The notes under the pieces were generated by a model. That model saw only the letters and a list, made by a program, of their open reading frames with translations, did not search any database and had not been told where the DNA came from. Made by a program: the position numbers and the translations under genes. DNA of 63,775 nt, counting the filler, from Craspedostauros australis (Eukaryota): assembly GCA_030167865.1 (NCBI GenBank). It is 10 parts of 10 records of this genome, joined end to end, with 100 filler letters (N's around TTAATTAATTAA, not from the genome) between each part and the next. Parts side by side here need not be neighbours in the genome. Positions count along the whole stretch, not along the records: positions 3,481 to 34,419 come from JALAGF010000065.1; 9 more parts are not named here. The stretch is one strand, 5' to 3'. Positions 22,136 through 33,204 of the stretch are shown piece by piece (the first letter of the stretch is position 1; each line of letters starts with the position of its first letter).

Positions 22136-24772
22136 TCACCTTGCTTCGGTGCTGGATGTGTGAAGCTCAACATCTTCCACCACTGGGAGGCCTTGGACCC
22201 ATCTACCTTGATGCTCGATTGTGCCATCTTCGTTGAAGTGCGTTCCGAACCCATCCATCTGACCATTCTTCCAGTCGCCATTGTAGTGGCTGCCATCCGA
22301 CCACTGCATGCGACCACGGCCATGGACTTGATCATTCTTCCACTGCCCTTCGTAGTACGTGCGTTCGCTGGCATCGAAGAAGTATGTGCCGAAGCCGTGG
22401 CGCTTGTGATTGGCGAAGAGGCCAACGTACTTGGTGCCATCAGTGAATTCCATGGTGCCATCCTTCATGGCGTCGTCTTGGAATTGACCATCGAAGACAC
22501 GGCCATCGTGAAAGCGGTATGTGCCGGTGCCATGCTTTTGGCCATTGAGGAATGCCCCGGTGTATTGATCATCGGAGGTGAGTACGAGAATGCCGTGACC
22601 ATGGAATTCGCCAGAATGCCACTGCCCCGTGTATGATTCGCACTTTGTGCAGTCCCGAGGAGGTTGGGCGTTGTGTTGGTATAGAATGGTGCCGGAGCCT
22701 TCGGGGAGCTGCGAGATGCGGCACAGCGTTCCAGTGTACCGTCCCTTGCGGCCGTCGGCGTCGCGCAGAGGTCTGTCTTGAACTTGTTTCAAGCTCGGCG
22801 TATTGCCTTGGCTGGCTGAATTCTGCGGATGTTGCAATGGCGCGAGCTCATCGATGCTGTTCACGTTGTTGTGACCATCGCCTGATTCTCTCCACGAGAA
22901 TTCAATGTCCGCGCTTGTGCTTGTTCTTGCCTGGGACTCTTCAAGCTTCATCAAGGAAGCTTCTCTTGGGAAGTTGACGAACCTCTCGGAAGTGACGCGG
23001 AGATTCCTTCGGTTTGTGCGGACTGCTGCGCTTTCGTTGTTGATGATGCTTGCAGGAGCGGCATCATGCACTTTCATGTCCGGGAAATGGGTTGGAGGCT
23101 GAACAACGGGGGCGGTGGTAGTTGGTTGCTCGACGACGGGATGGTAGACGGATGGGCGGTGCACGTTTGGCGAGCCAGCATCAGAATCAGGACGGCGATC
23201 GCCATACGATGTTGTTCTATTTCCGCTGTTTCGCTTTGGGCGGCGCTGATTTGTTTGTTGGAATGGGGCGGTTTCGATGGTCTGAGGACCCTTGTCTTCC
23301 CGCGGAATCTGGAGAAAGGCTGGCAGATAGACCTGATCGCCAAAGCTATGTGCCGAGGCATCCATGGTTTGGGAAGATACTTCGGCATTTAGCGGCGCTG
23401 GTGGACGGTATTGGTGCTTGCGTTGACGAGTCCTTGGCGTGGACAATGACAGCTCAACGTTTGTGGTTGCATCGTTGTGTGTGGCGTTTGCATGGCTTCG
23501 CCTGTCGCTGCTGCGAACGGCCGGGTTGATCGTTCCGTTGCGAGAAAACGATGCGATCTGATCCATCGCGGAGAAACTTGGTTGGGGCAGCAGCATCTTT
23601 CTTGGCGTGAAAGGAATCTTTGCCGTAGTAGCCGCGGGTCCATCGGGCTTGGTCTGATCCTTGTCTGCACTGATGCCTTCAGCACTGGTCCTATCGTTCA
23701 CATTGTCGGCGTTGGCGTCGTCACTGCCATTGCCATCACCATCATCGACAACGGCTTCGTCGGAATCGAATGTCTTCGTCGACGGTCTCTTCAGTGCCGA
23801 CGCAAGCGTGAGACTGGATATGAGGCGCGCGCCATGAAGAGCATGCTGATGGACATCGATGGTGGTACCGACGGGGACATGCGGAAGACCCTCCGCACAA
23901 CACACGTCGGCTGGTGAGCCGGCCCTGGGCACCCTCTTGCTCGGGACAGCTGAGGTCGAAAGCTTCTTGAGGTCGTTTGCTGCTGGCAGAAATGAGGTGG
24001 TGGTGACCCTCCGAGCCGGTTCCTGCGGTGGAGAAGGATCGTCATCTCCATCACAGCGACGAATGTTGCGAGCGTCCGCTGGCATGCTTTCGTCTCTCGC
24101 GCCATCCGAGCAGAGTTGCATATCACCATCGGACTGGTGGCGGCAGTTCTTCGCACGCTGGATCATTCGACCGTTGATGGGTTCCACCGTATCAACCGCA
24201 CTGTCGGCATCGTCGCCTTCTTCCCTTTTCTTCGTGCTCTCATCGATCTGAAGCAGGTCATGCTCATCTGCTGGAGTACTAGCAGGAGGGACCTTGGCAT
24301 CAGAACCAGCATTGTCAACATCAACAACATCGGCATCGTTTCCGATTCGTGGCGTTGGACTTTTGGGCGGCTTTGCTGCTGCTGCTGCTGCTGAGTCCAG
24401 AGTTTGGATGATCCCTTGGTCAGCGTTGAACACGAACTGGCAATTTGGACAGCGCAGGTTCGTGTGGGCCGCACCCGGTGGCGTGTTTGCAGCCGCATGC
24501 TCGTGATCATGCTGGTGCTGAGCTCGCTCTTGTTGCAGCGCTCTCGTTTGCAACTGCTGGAGCTCCGCTTGGAGATGCTCAATGTAATTCTCCTTGCGGC
24601 GCAGCTCCTGCCTCAGCGTGGCCAGCAAGATGGCGGAGATTGGCGAAGAGTCCGAACCAATGGATGACGATAGGGACGAGTGTTGCGACACGCGCACAAT
24701 GGGCGACGACGAAACGACGAGGCCTTCTTTCGTCCTTTGAGACGTACTCGTGATGACGGAGGTTGTGGACAT
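22136..24772 (-). CDS. MORN-repeat protein, tandem paralog of 18901-21042
   Basis: ORF open from 24802 with first ATG at 24772. MORN block is nearly identical to the neighbour. Confidence 0.9.
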   Translation of the reverse strand: MSTTSVITSTSQRTKEGLVVSSSPIVRVSQHSSLSSSIGSDSSPISAILLATLRQELRRKENYIEHLQAELQQLQTRALQQERAQHQHDHEHAAANTPPGAAHTNLRCPNCQFVFNADQGIIQTLDSAAAAAAKPPKSPTPRIGNDADVVDVDNAGSDAKVPPASTPADEHDLLQIDESTKKREEGDDADSAVDTVEPINGRMIQRAKNCRHQSDGDMQLCSDGARDESMPADARNIRRCDGDDDPSPPQEPARRVTTTSFLPAANDLKKLSTSAVPSKRVPRAGSPADVCCAEGLPHVPVGTTIDVHQHALHGARLISSLTLASALKRPSTKTFDSDEAVVDDGDGNGSDDANADNVNDRTSAEGISADKDQTKPDGPAATTAKIPFTPRKMLLPQPSFSAMDQIASFSRNGTINPAVRSSDRRSHANATHNDATTNVELSLSTPRTRQRKHQYRPPAPLNAEVSSQTMDASAHSFGDQVYLPAFLQIPREDKGPQTIETAPFQQTNQRRPKRNSGNRTTSYGDRRPDSDAGSPNVHRPSVYHPVVEQPTTTAPVVQPPTHFPDMKVHDAAPASIINNESAAVRTNRRNLRVTSERFVNFPREASLMKLEESQARTSTSADIEFSWRESGDGHNNVNSIDELAPLQHPQNSASQGNTPSLKQVQDRPLRDADGRKGRYTGTLCRISQLPEGSGTILYQHNAQPPRDCTKCESYTGQWHSGEFHGHGILVLTSDDQYTGAFLNGQKHGTGTYRFHDGRVFDGQFQDDAMKDGTMEFTDGTKYVGLFANHKRHGFGTYFFDASERTYYEGQWKNDQVHGRGRMQWSDGSHYNGDWKNGQMDGFGTHFNEDGTIEHQGRWVQGLPVVEDVELHTSSTEAR

Positions 24773-25979
24773 GGTTGAGTTGGTTTGGGTCGATGTTTTC
24801 ACAACAGATATGTGATGGCGTGGGTAGCGATGACGGTGGTGGCGATGACGGTGGTGGCAAGGAGGTGGGGGAGGGTATCAGTGTTGGTTTCAGTCCGGCT
24901 ATAGCTGTGGGCACGTGCTTTGATGCAATTGCCCGAAAGGCAAGATGGAATAAATGAGAGGAAAGTGTCCATGACTCGGATGCTGCTATCCATCGTGTCG
25001 ATGTCACTGATGGCGCTCACGATGATGGCAGCAATGAAGAAGTGCCGCGTTGGCACACGATTGTCGCGCCCGACTCTCATCCGCGCTCTGTTGGCGGGTT
25101 GTTTTGCATTTCCGCCACCACCTCGTTCGATTTGGTCTTGGGTCGCGATCTTGGGAACGCTCGCACTCCCTTCGCCGTGTTGGTGTCACGTTTCAATAAT
25201 CAGAACACCCCACAAGAAGATGCTGTTGTTCACGAGGAGGATGGTGGGACAAAGAACCCACAAAACGAGAACAGTGACACGGCGTGAGCATGTGCATCGT
25301 GCGAGTGGTACACACTTTGCTTCCGTTGCAACGAAGTGATAACAAATGTTCTTGGATGTGCCAACAGCACAACAAAGCAAAGTGCGGCTTTGCTTTTCAT
25401 GTGTGTGATTCGGATTCAACCAGAACCACGACTCCAGCACTTTTTCTTGGATCTTTTCGTGATGTTGTGACACGATGTGACAAAATATTCGAAAGCAGAT
25501 ATCCAAACTAGACAACATCCGATCACACGCAAATGCTCGTACATATGGAGTGCTCAAGGCTCAAAGCGACCTGAGAGCGCATGGTGAGTCCCAGTGGGTA
25601 TGAACAACTCATACCATGTGATTCTGATCAGCCATGTCGTCTCGCAGCTCTCAATATCGGCGTACCTGTGTGTCGCTGTTCCCACAATGCCTGTAGAAGC
25701 GTTGTCAGAAACAGTTGCTTCACATCCTGGGACGGTGGACTCTGCATACGTACGACTATGTGCGGCCATTCTGCGTTCACATGAACCAAAGCAAGGTAGG
25801 ACATCGCCAATCAAAGCACGAATACCAGGTGATTCAACCCATCCACAGCCGGGCCTCCAACCTGAAGATGAATGGAGCCAAGGAAAGAAGAAGAGAAGAT
25901 GACCGTGCAGAGGAAAATATCCAAAATGGTACGGCGAAATGAACAAGAATATGAGAGGGACATACTCTGTAGTATGTCC

Positions 25980-26057
25980 CTTTTCCAACCCAATTGAATT
26001 GACTGTTGCTATCGCTTCCTTTTTCAACCCAATTGAATTGACTGTTGCTATCACTTT
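25980..26057. repeat. 39-bp tandem duplication
   Basis: CAACCCAATTGAATTGACTGTTGCTATC occurs twice at a 39-bp period. Confidence 0.85.
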
Positions 26058-27042
26058 TTTTGCGCGCTCCCACATGAAAATCTGTTCATGGTTGTACCGA
26101 GCGGCAGGTACACATTCTGGTCGTTCCACGGTTTCGATTTTGTCCCAAGATTTTCATTGGACACTTGCTCCAACTGCCTCGACAGCCAAAACGCCGCTGC
26201 ATTTTCGCCTCACAAGACCATCACCCAGCATGCAATATTCCACTATTATAGAACAAAAGATGTAGTGAGAATCACACGGAGAATGGATGACCATACTCGC
26301 ATGCCTGCGGAAACTAAGACAACAGCTGCGAGGAAAGAGAGAAAAGAGCAAAGACGCCGGTTTGACTAGATGGACCACAGTATGCAATTGGTTCCATTAA
26401 TTGAGAAGAATATATAATCACCGCAACTCCGTTATCTTGTTCTCCCACGATCACTTTGGTTCGTTTAAGAATCCCAAACTCAAAGAGCACCACAAGATCC
26501 AATGATGTTGGCGTGACATGATTGTCGGAGATGATACAGTTGTGAGGAAACATGAGAAAGTGCGAAACTCACGAAACAAGATCAAAGGCAATGAAAGAAC
26601 AGAAGGGATGCGAGCGTGGGGAAACAGAGGAGCGTCCTCCCCGATGTGGGGTGATATGTCTCTCTGTCAACTCTCTCTATCAGCTCTCTACGAGCATCAA
26701 CGCGCAAACTCGTAGATTTCGATCGTCCTCGTGGCTGACCTTGACCATGCATTTCAAGACGTCGCAGAATGGATTCCACGATGAGTGGAGACACACAACT
26801 GAACTCAACTGAACTCAAGCCAACCAGGTACGGCAAGGCGCACAGCACCAACAGTATGGGGTCCCACAACTGCAACCTGCGGGGTCCCCTGGCTTTTGGC
26901 ATCGTTTGAAGGTGGGACGGGAGGAAGGAGCATCATCACCATCATCGCCCTCCTCACAAAATCAACAAGCTCCAATTCGAATTGAAAACGACAGCACCAG
27001 CAAACTCCACCACTCAACGACAAATAATCCATCACTGCAATC

Positions 27043-29781
27043 ATGATGATCAACACCAAGACAATCGCAACCACCGCTACTCTCCTTGTCATCTTCATGG
27101 CAATGACCGAAGCTCGCCTCAATGGACGCAAGATTACAGATGCAGCTGATGAAATGCACCTGGCATTGCGAGCCACTCGCAAGCTCAGGACTGATCTCGA
27201 CGTCGGCAACACCAAGACTGGGAAGAACAACAAGTTCAACCACGCGTCACCATCGGCACAGCCGACTGACATAGAGGTGTCCGAACTAACCTCATTGCCG
27301 ACTGGACCACCGACCGCCAGCCCGACCACTACCAGCTCCACGGGTCCCCCGACCTCATCTCCCACAGATGAGGCGGGCGCGTCACCAACAGGCCCACCGA
27401 CCACCTCGCCAACCGAGATGCCCTCGATGCCACCGGCCACCCAAACAGTCTCTTCTCCCACCTCCCAGCCCACTCTCATGCCAGCATCCAAGCCATCAGC
27501 TGCCCCAATCGCAATCACCTTCGACTCCACCATCGAAGTCTCTTGCCAACCAGATGGCGACACTGCCCTCACGCCAGAAGAAGCCAGTACCAAGACCATC
27601 ATCTGCAATCCCGCCAAGCCATCCTGCCGCGAGGCCGTCACCGCCGTCAAAGAGTCCGCAGATTTGCAGAACTTCTTCGGATGCGCAGGAGACCTCGGCG
27701 AAGGAGCGGCACGCAAGCTCTTCAACCAGTACGCATCCAGCGATATCCTTGCTGGCCAATTGACCCTGGTCGCTACCACCAAGCCGACCCTCATCACCGA
27801 GAGACCGGACGCGATGAAGGCGACCTGCATGGCCATCGGGATGGCCCAGTCGCCACCCGCAATCGATCCATGCTGCCAAGGATCTTCGGGATGCACCTCA
27901 GCCACCGGTTCTGCCTCCGACTCTCCTCCATTCATGACCATCGCAGTCACTGCATGTACCGGCGACAGCGCTTGCAAGGACATGGGCCCCAATCCTCTCA
28001 TTCTCGATTCCTCCTGCACTGGCGTGAGTGCATGTGAATTGATGAATGAGAACGAGATCAATCCCTTCATCACAGGAGTCACCTTCGTTGGCGAGATGGC
28101 GTGCACCAGCTCTCGATCTTGCGAGGGAGTGGGACGTCGATCCCATGGCGATGTGACCATCCAGCCTGGCGCATGCATCGGATCTGAAGCATGTAACTCA
28201 GCTGGACGCCGTGTGGAACAATCAGGCCCGTCCTTCCGCTTCCGCAGCCACATCCACATTGGCTCGAATGCTTGTGTTGGCAGCAATGCCTGCAAGGATG
28301 CCCATTCGACCGTGAATCACGGTACTGGTGGCAAGCTTGCAGGTAGCTTGGCCATCGGCGATGGTGGCTGCGCCGCTGATGGGTCATGTGAGAAGATGGG
28401 TTTCAACGACAGGATGAAGACGGACATCATTGTCCCTCCTGGTGGATGTAGCACTGTTGAGAGCTGCAGAGGATGCATGACGAACACTGAATGCGCTATT
28501 GATGAGGTGTACCTTATCAGTGACGTTGATGGTGCCTGTCCCAAGGGAGGAAGCGACACCAACTACAATCCAACAGGAGACAAGGTGGATGAGTACTGTG
28601 TTGGCAAGGATACCTTGCCCACAGACTGTCCGACTTTTTCCCCCACTCCTTTTCCAACACCTCTCACATCCAGTCCAACGAGCAGCCCCACCAATTTGGC
28701 ATCTGCTGTGCCAAGCGCCCAGCCAATCATCCCCCGAACCTCTTTGGAAGTTGGATGTCTCGCGGGTCCGGGAGATACGGGATCGACGTTCAATATCATT
28801 ACCACTGGTGAGGTCTTCTGCGATGGTACAACAGACACATGTACAGAGTTTGTGGCCGCAATCGACAGTCTTGGTGACAAGGGGAAGATGATCAAGAGTA
28901 TCTTTGGATGCAACGATGAAGCAACTCCCAACATCGTGACGTTGGATGTGGCACAGAAACGTTTCAACAAGATCAAGAACGATGCGAGTGTGACCAATGC
29001 GTTGTTGGACACAGTGGCGACCATGAAGCTCTACACTGGAAGTGGGCCTGCGGTGAGTGCAGCTTGCAATGGCTCATGCTGTGACGGTAGCAATGTGTGC
29101 ACCACCTTGCCTACAACTGGCGTGATGACGGTGAGCGACGGGTCTTGCAATGGCTCCCGTGCTTGCGGCGCGATGCGCCCCGACACAATCATACTTGAAA
29201 GCTGCAGTGACAATCGACCTTGTGAGGCACTGGGGTGGTTTAGCCCGATAGAGCCAGCTGCTGATGTCGAAGTCGGATACAGGGTGATTGGACCACGAGC
29301 TTGCAACAATGCATTGCATGCTTGCATCAGCGTTGGAAAGAATGTCTTTGGCAACATACGAGTGGAAGAAGGAGCATGCATTGGCGGTACAAGCGCCTGC
29401 AACAATTTAGGTTCCCGCACTAGCCAGGGGGCTACCACGTCACCGATCGTGGCAAATATCTTCATTGGAAAGAATGCATGCCAAGGGACTTTCACTTGCA
29501 ATGTGCTGCATGCAGAGTTCGCGGTTGGTCCAAAAATCGCAGGAAATTTGATCGTTGAGGAGGGTGCATGTATCGGAGAAGAAGCATGCGTAGGGCTTGC
29601 CAACAATAACGCCGCAGTCAATGATATCCTTATCAAGAAGGATACCTGCACACCAGGCAACGAATGTAAACGTTGTGCACAGGCAGAGCTGTGTGGTGGA
29701 GATGCGACAAAGACGTACGTGATCGACGACGCAAGCGATGACTGCCCTGGGCCAAACCCAAACGCTTGCGAAGTCCTGTAA
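27043..29781 (+). CDS. Secreted Cys-rich repeat protein with Pro/Thr/Ser linkers and two homologous modules
   Basis: 912-aa ORF; signal-peptide-like N-terminus, RKL site, PTxSPT repeats and many Cx5C units (ACTGDSAC, SCTGVSAC, ACIGSEAC, SCNGSRAC, ACIGEEAC). Confidence 0.88.
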   Translation: MMINTKTIATTATLLVIFMAMTEARLNGRKITDAADEMHLALRATRKLRTDLDVGNTKTGKNNKFNHASPSAQPTDIEVSELTSLPTGPPTASPTTTSSTGPPTSSPTDEAGASPTGPPTTSPTEMPSMPPATQTVSSPTSQPTLMPASKPSAAPIAITFDSTIEVSCQPDGDTALTPEEASTKTIICNPAKPSCREAVTAVKESADLQNFFGCAGDLGEGAARKLFNQYASSDILAGQLTLVATTKPTLITERPDAMKATCMAIGMAQSPPAIDPCCQGSSGCTSATGSASDSPPFMTIAVTACTGDSACKDMGPNPLILDSSCTGVSACELMNENEINPFITGVTFVGEMACTSSRSCEGVGRRSHGDVTIQPGACIGSEACNSAGRRVEQSGPSFRFRSHIHIGSNACVGSNACKDAHSTVNHGTGGKLAGSLAIGDGGCAADGSCEKMGFNDRMKTDIIVPPGGCSTVESCRGCMTNTECAIDEVYLISDVDGACPKGGSDTNYNPTGDKVDEYCVGKDTLPTDCPTFSPTPFPTPLTSSPTSSPTNLASAVPSAQPIIPRTSLEVGCLAGPGDTGSTFNIITTGEVFCDGTTDTCTEFVAAIDSLGDKGKMIKSIFGCNDEATPNIVTLDVAQKRFNKIKNDASVTNALLDTVATMKLYTGSGPAVSAACNGSCCDGSNVCTTLPTTGVMTVSDGSCNGSRACGAMRPDTIILESCSDNRPCEALGWFSPIEPAADVEVGYRVIGPRACNNALHACISVGKNVFGNIRVEEGACIGGTSACNNLGSRTSQGATTSPIVANIFIGKNACQGTFTCNVLHAEFAVGPKIAGNLIVEEGACIGEEACVGLANNNAAVNDILIKKDTCTPGNECKRCAQAELCGGDATKTYVIDDASDDCPGPNPNACEVL

Positions 29782-30045
29782 AGTCCCGTAAAAGTACGGT
29801 GAGTGATAAGATTAGATTTGACCAAACACGATTCAGTCTGCTCGTACCCCCGCTCTCCCTAGTATTTTCTACTCGCAGAATTGAATCGATTCAAACCACC
29901 CGTCGAACGATACAACATCATCGGTGTCCTGTTCAAATCAGATCCGTATGCATCTCCAACGAACAAAGACAGACACCGTTGGAAGCGGGGAGCAATCGAT
30001 AACTTGTTGTGTTCGTACGAACACTCGTAAGGCAGAATATTGACA

Positions 30046-32346
30046 TCAACAAGTGAGAAAATCCTTGGATTCTCCCAGCAGAAAGTTGATTTCATCCATG
30101 GTGAGCGGTTCTCCGGTCCCTTCAACATACTCTATCGGATCCACGTGATCTTGTGCCAGCGTTCCATCGGACATTGGCGCGTCAACTGGCGGATTCTGAG
30201 CGGCTCTGGTCGCAACTGGTTGTGCCGTTGGCTTTGCACTCTTTGTATTGCTGCGCTTCGGTTTCGCCGTTGCTGGCTTTGTTGCCATGGAGTTGCTTGA
30301 GTTCCTAGCCTTTGCACGGAGAAGATGCGAGATCTTCAAACGCGCAGCTTTATCATCGACCACCTCCCACAAACTGGGTAAGGACGCCGTGTTCTCCACC
30401 GGCATTCTGCTGGCTTGGGCACCGCTGGCCTCATCCAGGCTGGCTGGGACGCGTCTCAAGAAACGCCCACCTGTGCTGTGGATGTGACGGATGACATCGA
30501 TGGTCACGGCGTACTTGGCGCGTTGGTCGCTTCCCTTCTGCGCGTAAATAGGGCGGTAATGGGTGTCGATGAGATTGGTCAGTTCGATGTTTCCCGGCCA
30601 GTCCTGAAAGGGACGCCCCTTTCCCAACACAACATCCAACGAAGTGGGGAAATCGATGCCTGCTACCTCCTCAGTGCTCCTATCGTCTTCCTTGTTTTCG
30701 CCTTGTTCGCAGGCTATGCGTGCGATCGTGCGGGGGCTGTGAACCTCGTTCGCGATGAAGCGCTCTGCCTTCCTCTGAAAAGACTCCTTCATTATTTCGC
30801 CATGCTGATTGACGGGAAAGCTTTGGGGTGGCACTCCGAACGACAGCAGATGATACAGGCATTCCTGATGGGTGCCGAAATGGCTGCGGTATCGAACCCT
30901 GGTGCTTCTCTCAAAGGCCAGCAGTATGAGCGCAGATGCTCTCATCAGAGTGCTATCAGTGGAGCAACTGTGCAAAACAGCATAGCGTATTGGCAGTACA
31001 TTCTTGAGCTTGGGCGCGTCGATTAAGAATTCCATGGTCACCAAGTGGCGATAATCATCCAAGTTGACGCAGTAACAGCACCCTACGACGCCCTTGGACT
31101 GCGCAACCTCTGAGCGGTGCATCGCCTGCATGATGGCGTACCAAATCGCGCGCAGCTATCATGCGATTGCGCATTCGGCGGTTGGATATAGACGGAAGGA
31201 TGGAATGATGGATGGGTGAGTGAACGAGTGAGTGGACGGTATGGAATCGACATCAATAAGTCAGGTGGGTGGCTTGGAACATGATTACGAGTACCAGTAA
31301 GGCATGGAAGGGCCACAACGTGACAGGACATAGGTAGCAAGACGATTGCCACGGCGTGCTTCGATAACGCAATGATGTTCTCCGCCGTCGGTCGGTCGGT
31401 CGGCCACCGGGCCATGGGTCATGTCTGGACCACAGCGAACAGCACAGCAGTATCGCATGCAAGTGGCACACAATCATGCAGCGCATGGGGATGAACTCAC
31501 GTAGTTGTCGTTGTTCCTGAAGACGATTTCAGTGAAGATACCGTAGTAGAGAGCGCGGCCCATGCTATCCTTGGTATCCGGAAAGAATTGGCAGCACCCG
31601 CTCATGTACACTTCTCTGTCTTCTTTCGACAGATCAGCGTACACAATGTTCCGCGCCAGCTTGTCCACGCCCCACAGCTGAAGCTTGAATTCGAAGAAGG
31701 CCACGAAGTTCTTCGCCGCTTTGTCTGGTTCCATATACGTGGAACGCAGGAACATCAAGCGCAGCTTGCGGTCGTTCGTGTACCTCGGATTCATGAAGTG
31801 CGCCTGCGTGTACGCCTTCTTCGTGCGGATCTTGTCGATGCGGTCCTGCATGAGCTGGAACTTGGTCCGTAAGATTTCCGGCGATTCATCCAAGTCGGGA
31901 GCGACGCCGTGGATGTCTTCGTACATGTGGTTGCGATCTTCCAACGTCATCTGGTTGAGCTCGGCGATCATTAAACGCTCGCCAGTGGACGGATCCATCG
32001 TCTTGAGCTGCCGGTAGCTGTACGAGTCCAGCACGCTGACGCCCGGTTTTGGTGCGTCGTTCTCCTTCTGTGGCAGCGGGGCGTTGGTCAAAAACGGCGT
32101 CGATCGCGCATTGGTGGTTGCGCGCCCGTCCAAGGCAGCGGCGGCGGTCATTCCACCAGCAGCCGTGGTTTTGGCCGGCACAGCTGTTGCTCCAGTGAAG
32201 ATGCTGGCAGTGGCCCTGTTGGTGAGAAGACTACAAGAAATGCCATCTCCACAACGAGGATGTGCCTGTGGGTAGACGAGGCCTCCCTCGCGGCTGTGTT
32301 TGCTACTGCCGACAGCGCCTACAGGACTGGATTTCGTCAAGACCAT
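30046..32346 (-). CDS. Two-exon DUF6824-type diatom protein with CRAL-TRIO-like N-terminal region; exons 32346-31501 and 31155-30046
   Basis: Exon 1 has LRLMFLRS...AAKNFVAFFEFKLQLWG. A phase-0 intron GTGAGT...ATAG (31500-31156) joins NDNY to LRAIWYAIMQ in frame. Exon 2 has DVVLGKGRPFQDWPGN...GGRFL...WEVVDDKAARLKISHLLR. Confidence 0.85.
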
Positions 32347-33204
32347 CGTGCTCTGAGTGTTCTGCGAGTATCCTTGGTATGTTTATATTCGTGTGATATG
32401 GTTTGTGTATGGTGTGTGTTTGTGATCGGTGATGTCTGATGACGTCTGCTGGTGTCGCGGAACTGCTCGGACGCCATTCGATTGAACAACCTCGGGTTTG
32501 GGCGAGCAAGGAACTGGAAGATGTTCACATTCCTTCCCACACGGTCCTCTTCCTTCGTCGCTTGTGTGGGCCGTAATGTTATGACGACGCGTATTTGGAC
32601 TGTGACATCACCTCCCGTATCGGTATTGCCTCTCTGCGCACACATCTTCGCGCCATTCCAGTGATCAAATGTGTTGTGGAGCGGCGGCAGTAGAGAGGTT
32701 TCGCATTCCACTCAGCCATTCCCGCGAGGGAGTCATAACCTGATAGCGACATTTATCCGGGGGTGGCGAGAAATCACCCCCTCGCTCAGTGGAATTGATT
32801 TCCATTTCTGGTGCAGAAATGGAAATCAATTCCACTCAGAGAGTCCCGGAAAAAGTGTCACTTCCACATGGATAATAGACTTTGGCCAATCATGTTGTGT
32901 TATTTCGTTCTAGTTTAGTCCTTCTTGTCCTCCACATCNGTCTACNTTGGCCGCCATCGTAGACTTTTGCGTTCGTTTTGGAACAACAAAGAGAAAAACA
33001 TCATCCATCACATCGCCATCACATCACCGTCACATCACCATCGTTCGATTCTCTCATCTCAAGACAATCATCCATCACAACCCACCTTATGACTATACCT
33101 CGATGCTCCACATCGACCAACACCTTGCACGAGACATCAACATTCCCACCACATACCACCACACGTGTCGCTTCTGACGCGTAGTCTTCTTCCTGCTATT
33201 CGTC

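Noticed and set aside
10653..24772. Calling the MORN genes PIP5-kinases
   Set aside because: No kinase domain is present; only MORN repeats.
26805..28295. Long antisense ORFs (496 aa here; also 1022-2047 and 29031-29825) and the alternate-frame ORF 10966-12273
   Set aside because: Shadows of real genes with biased codon use; no motifs of their own.
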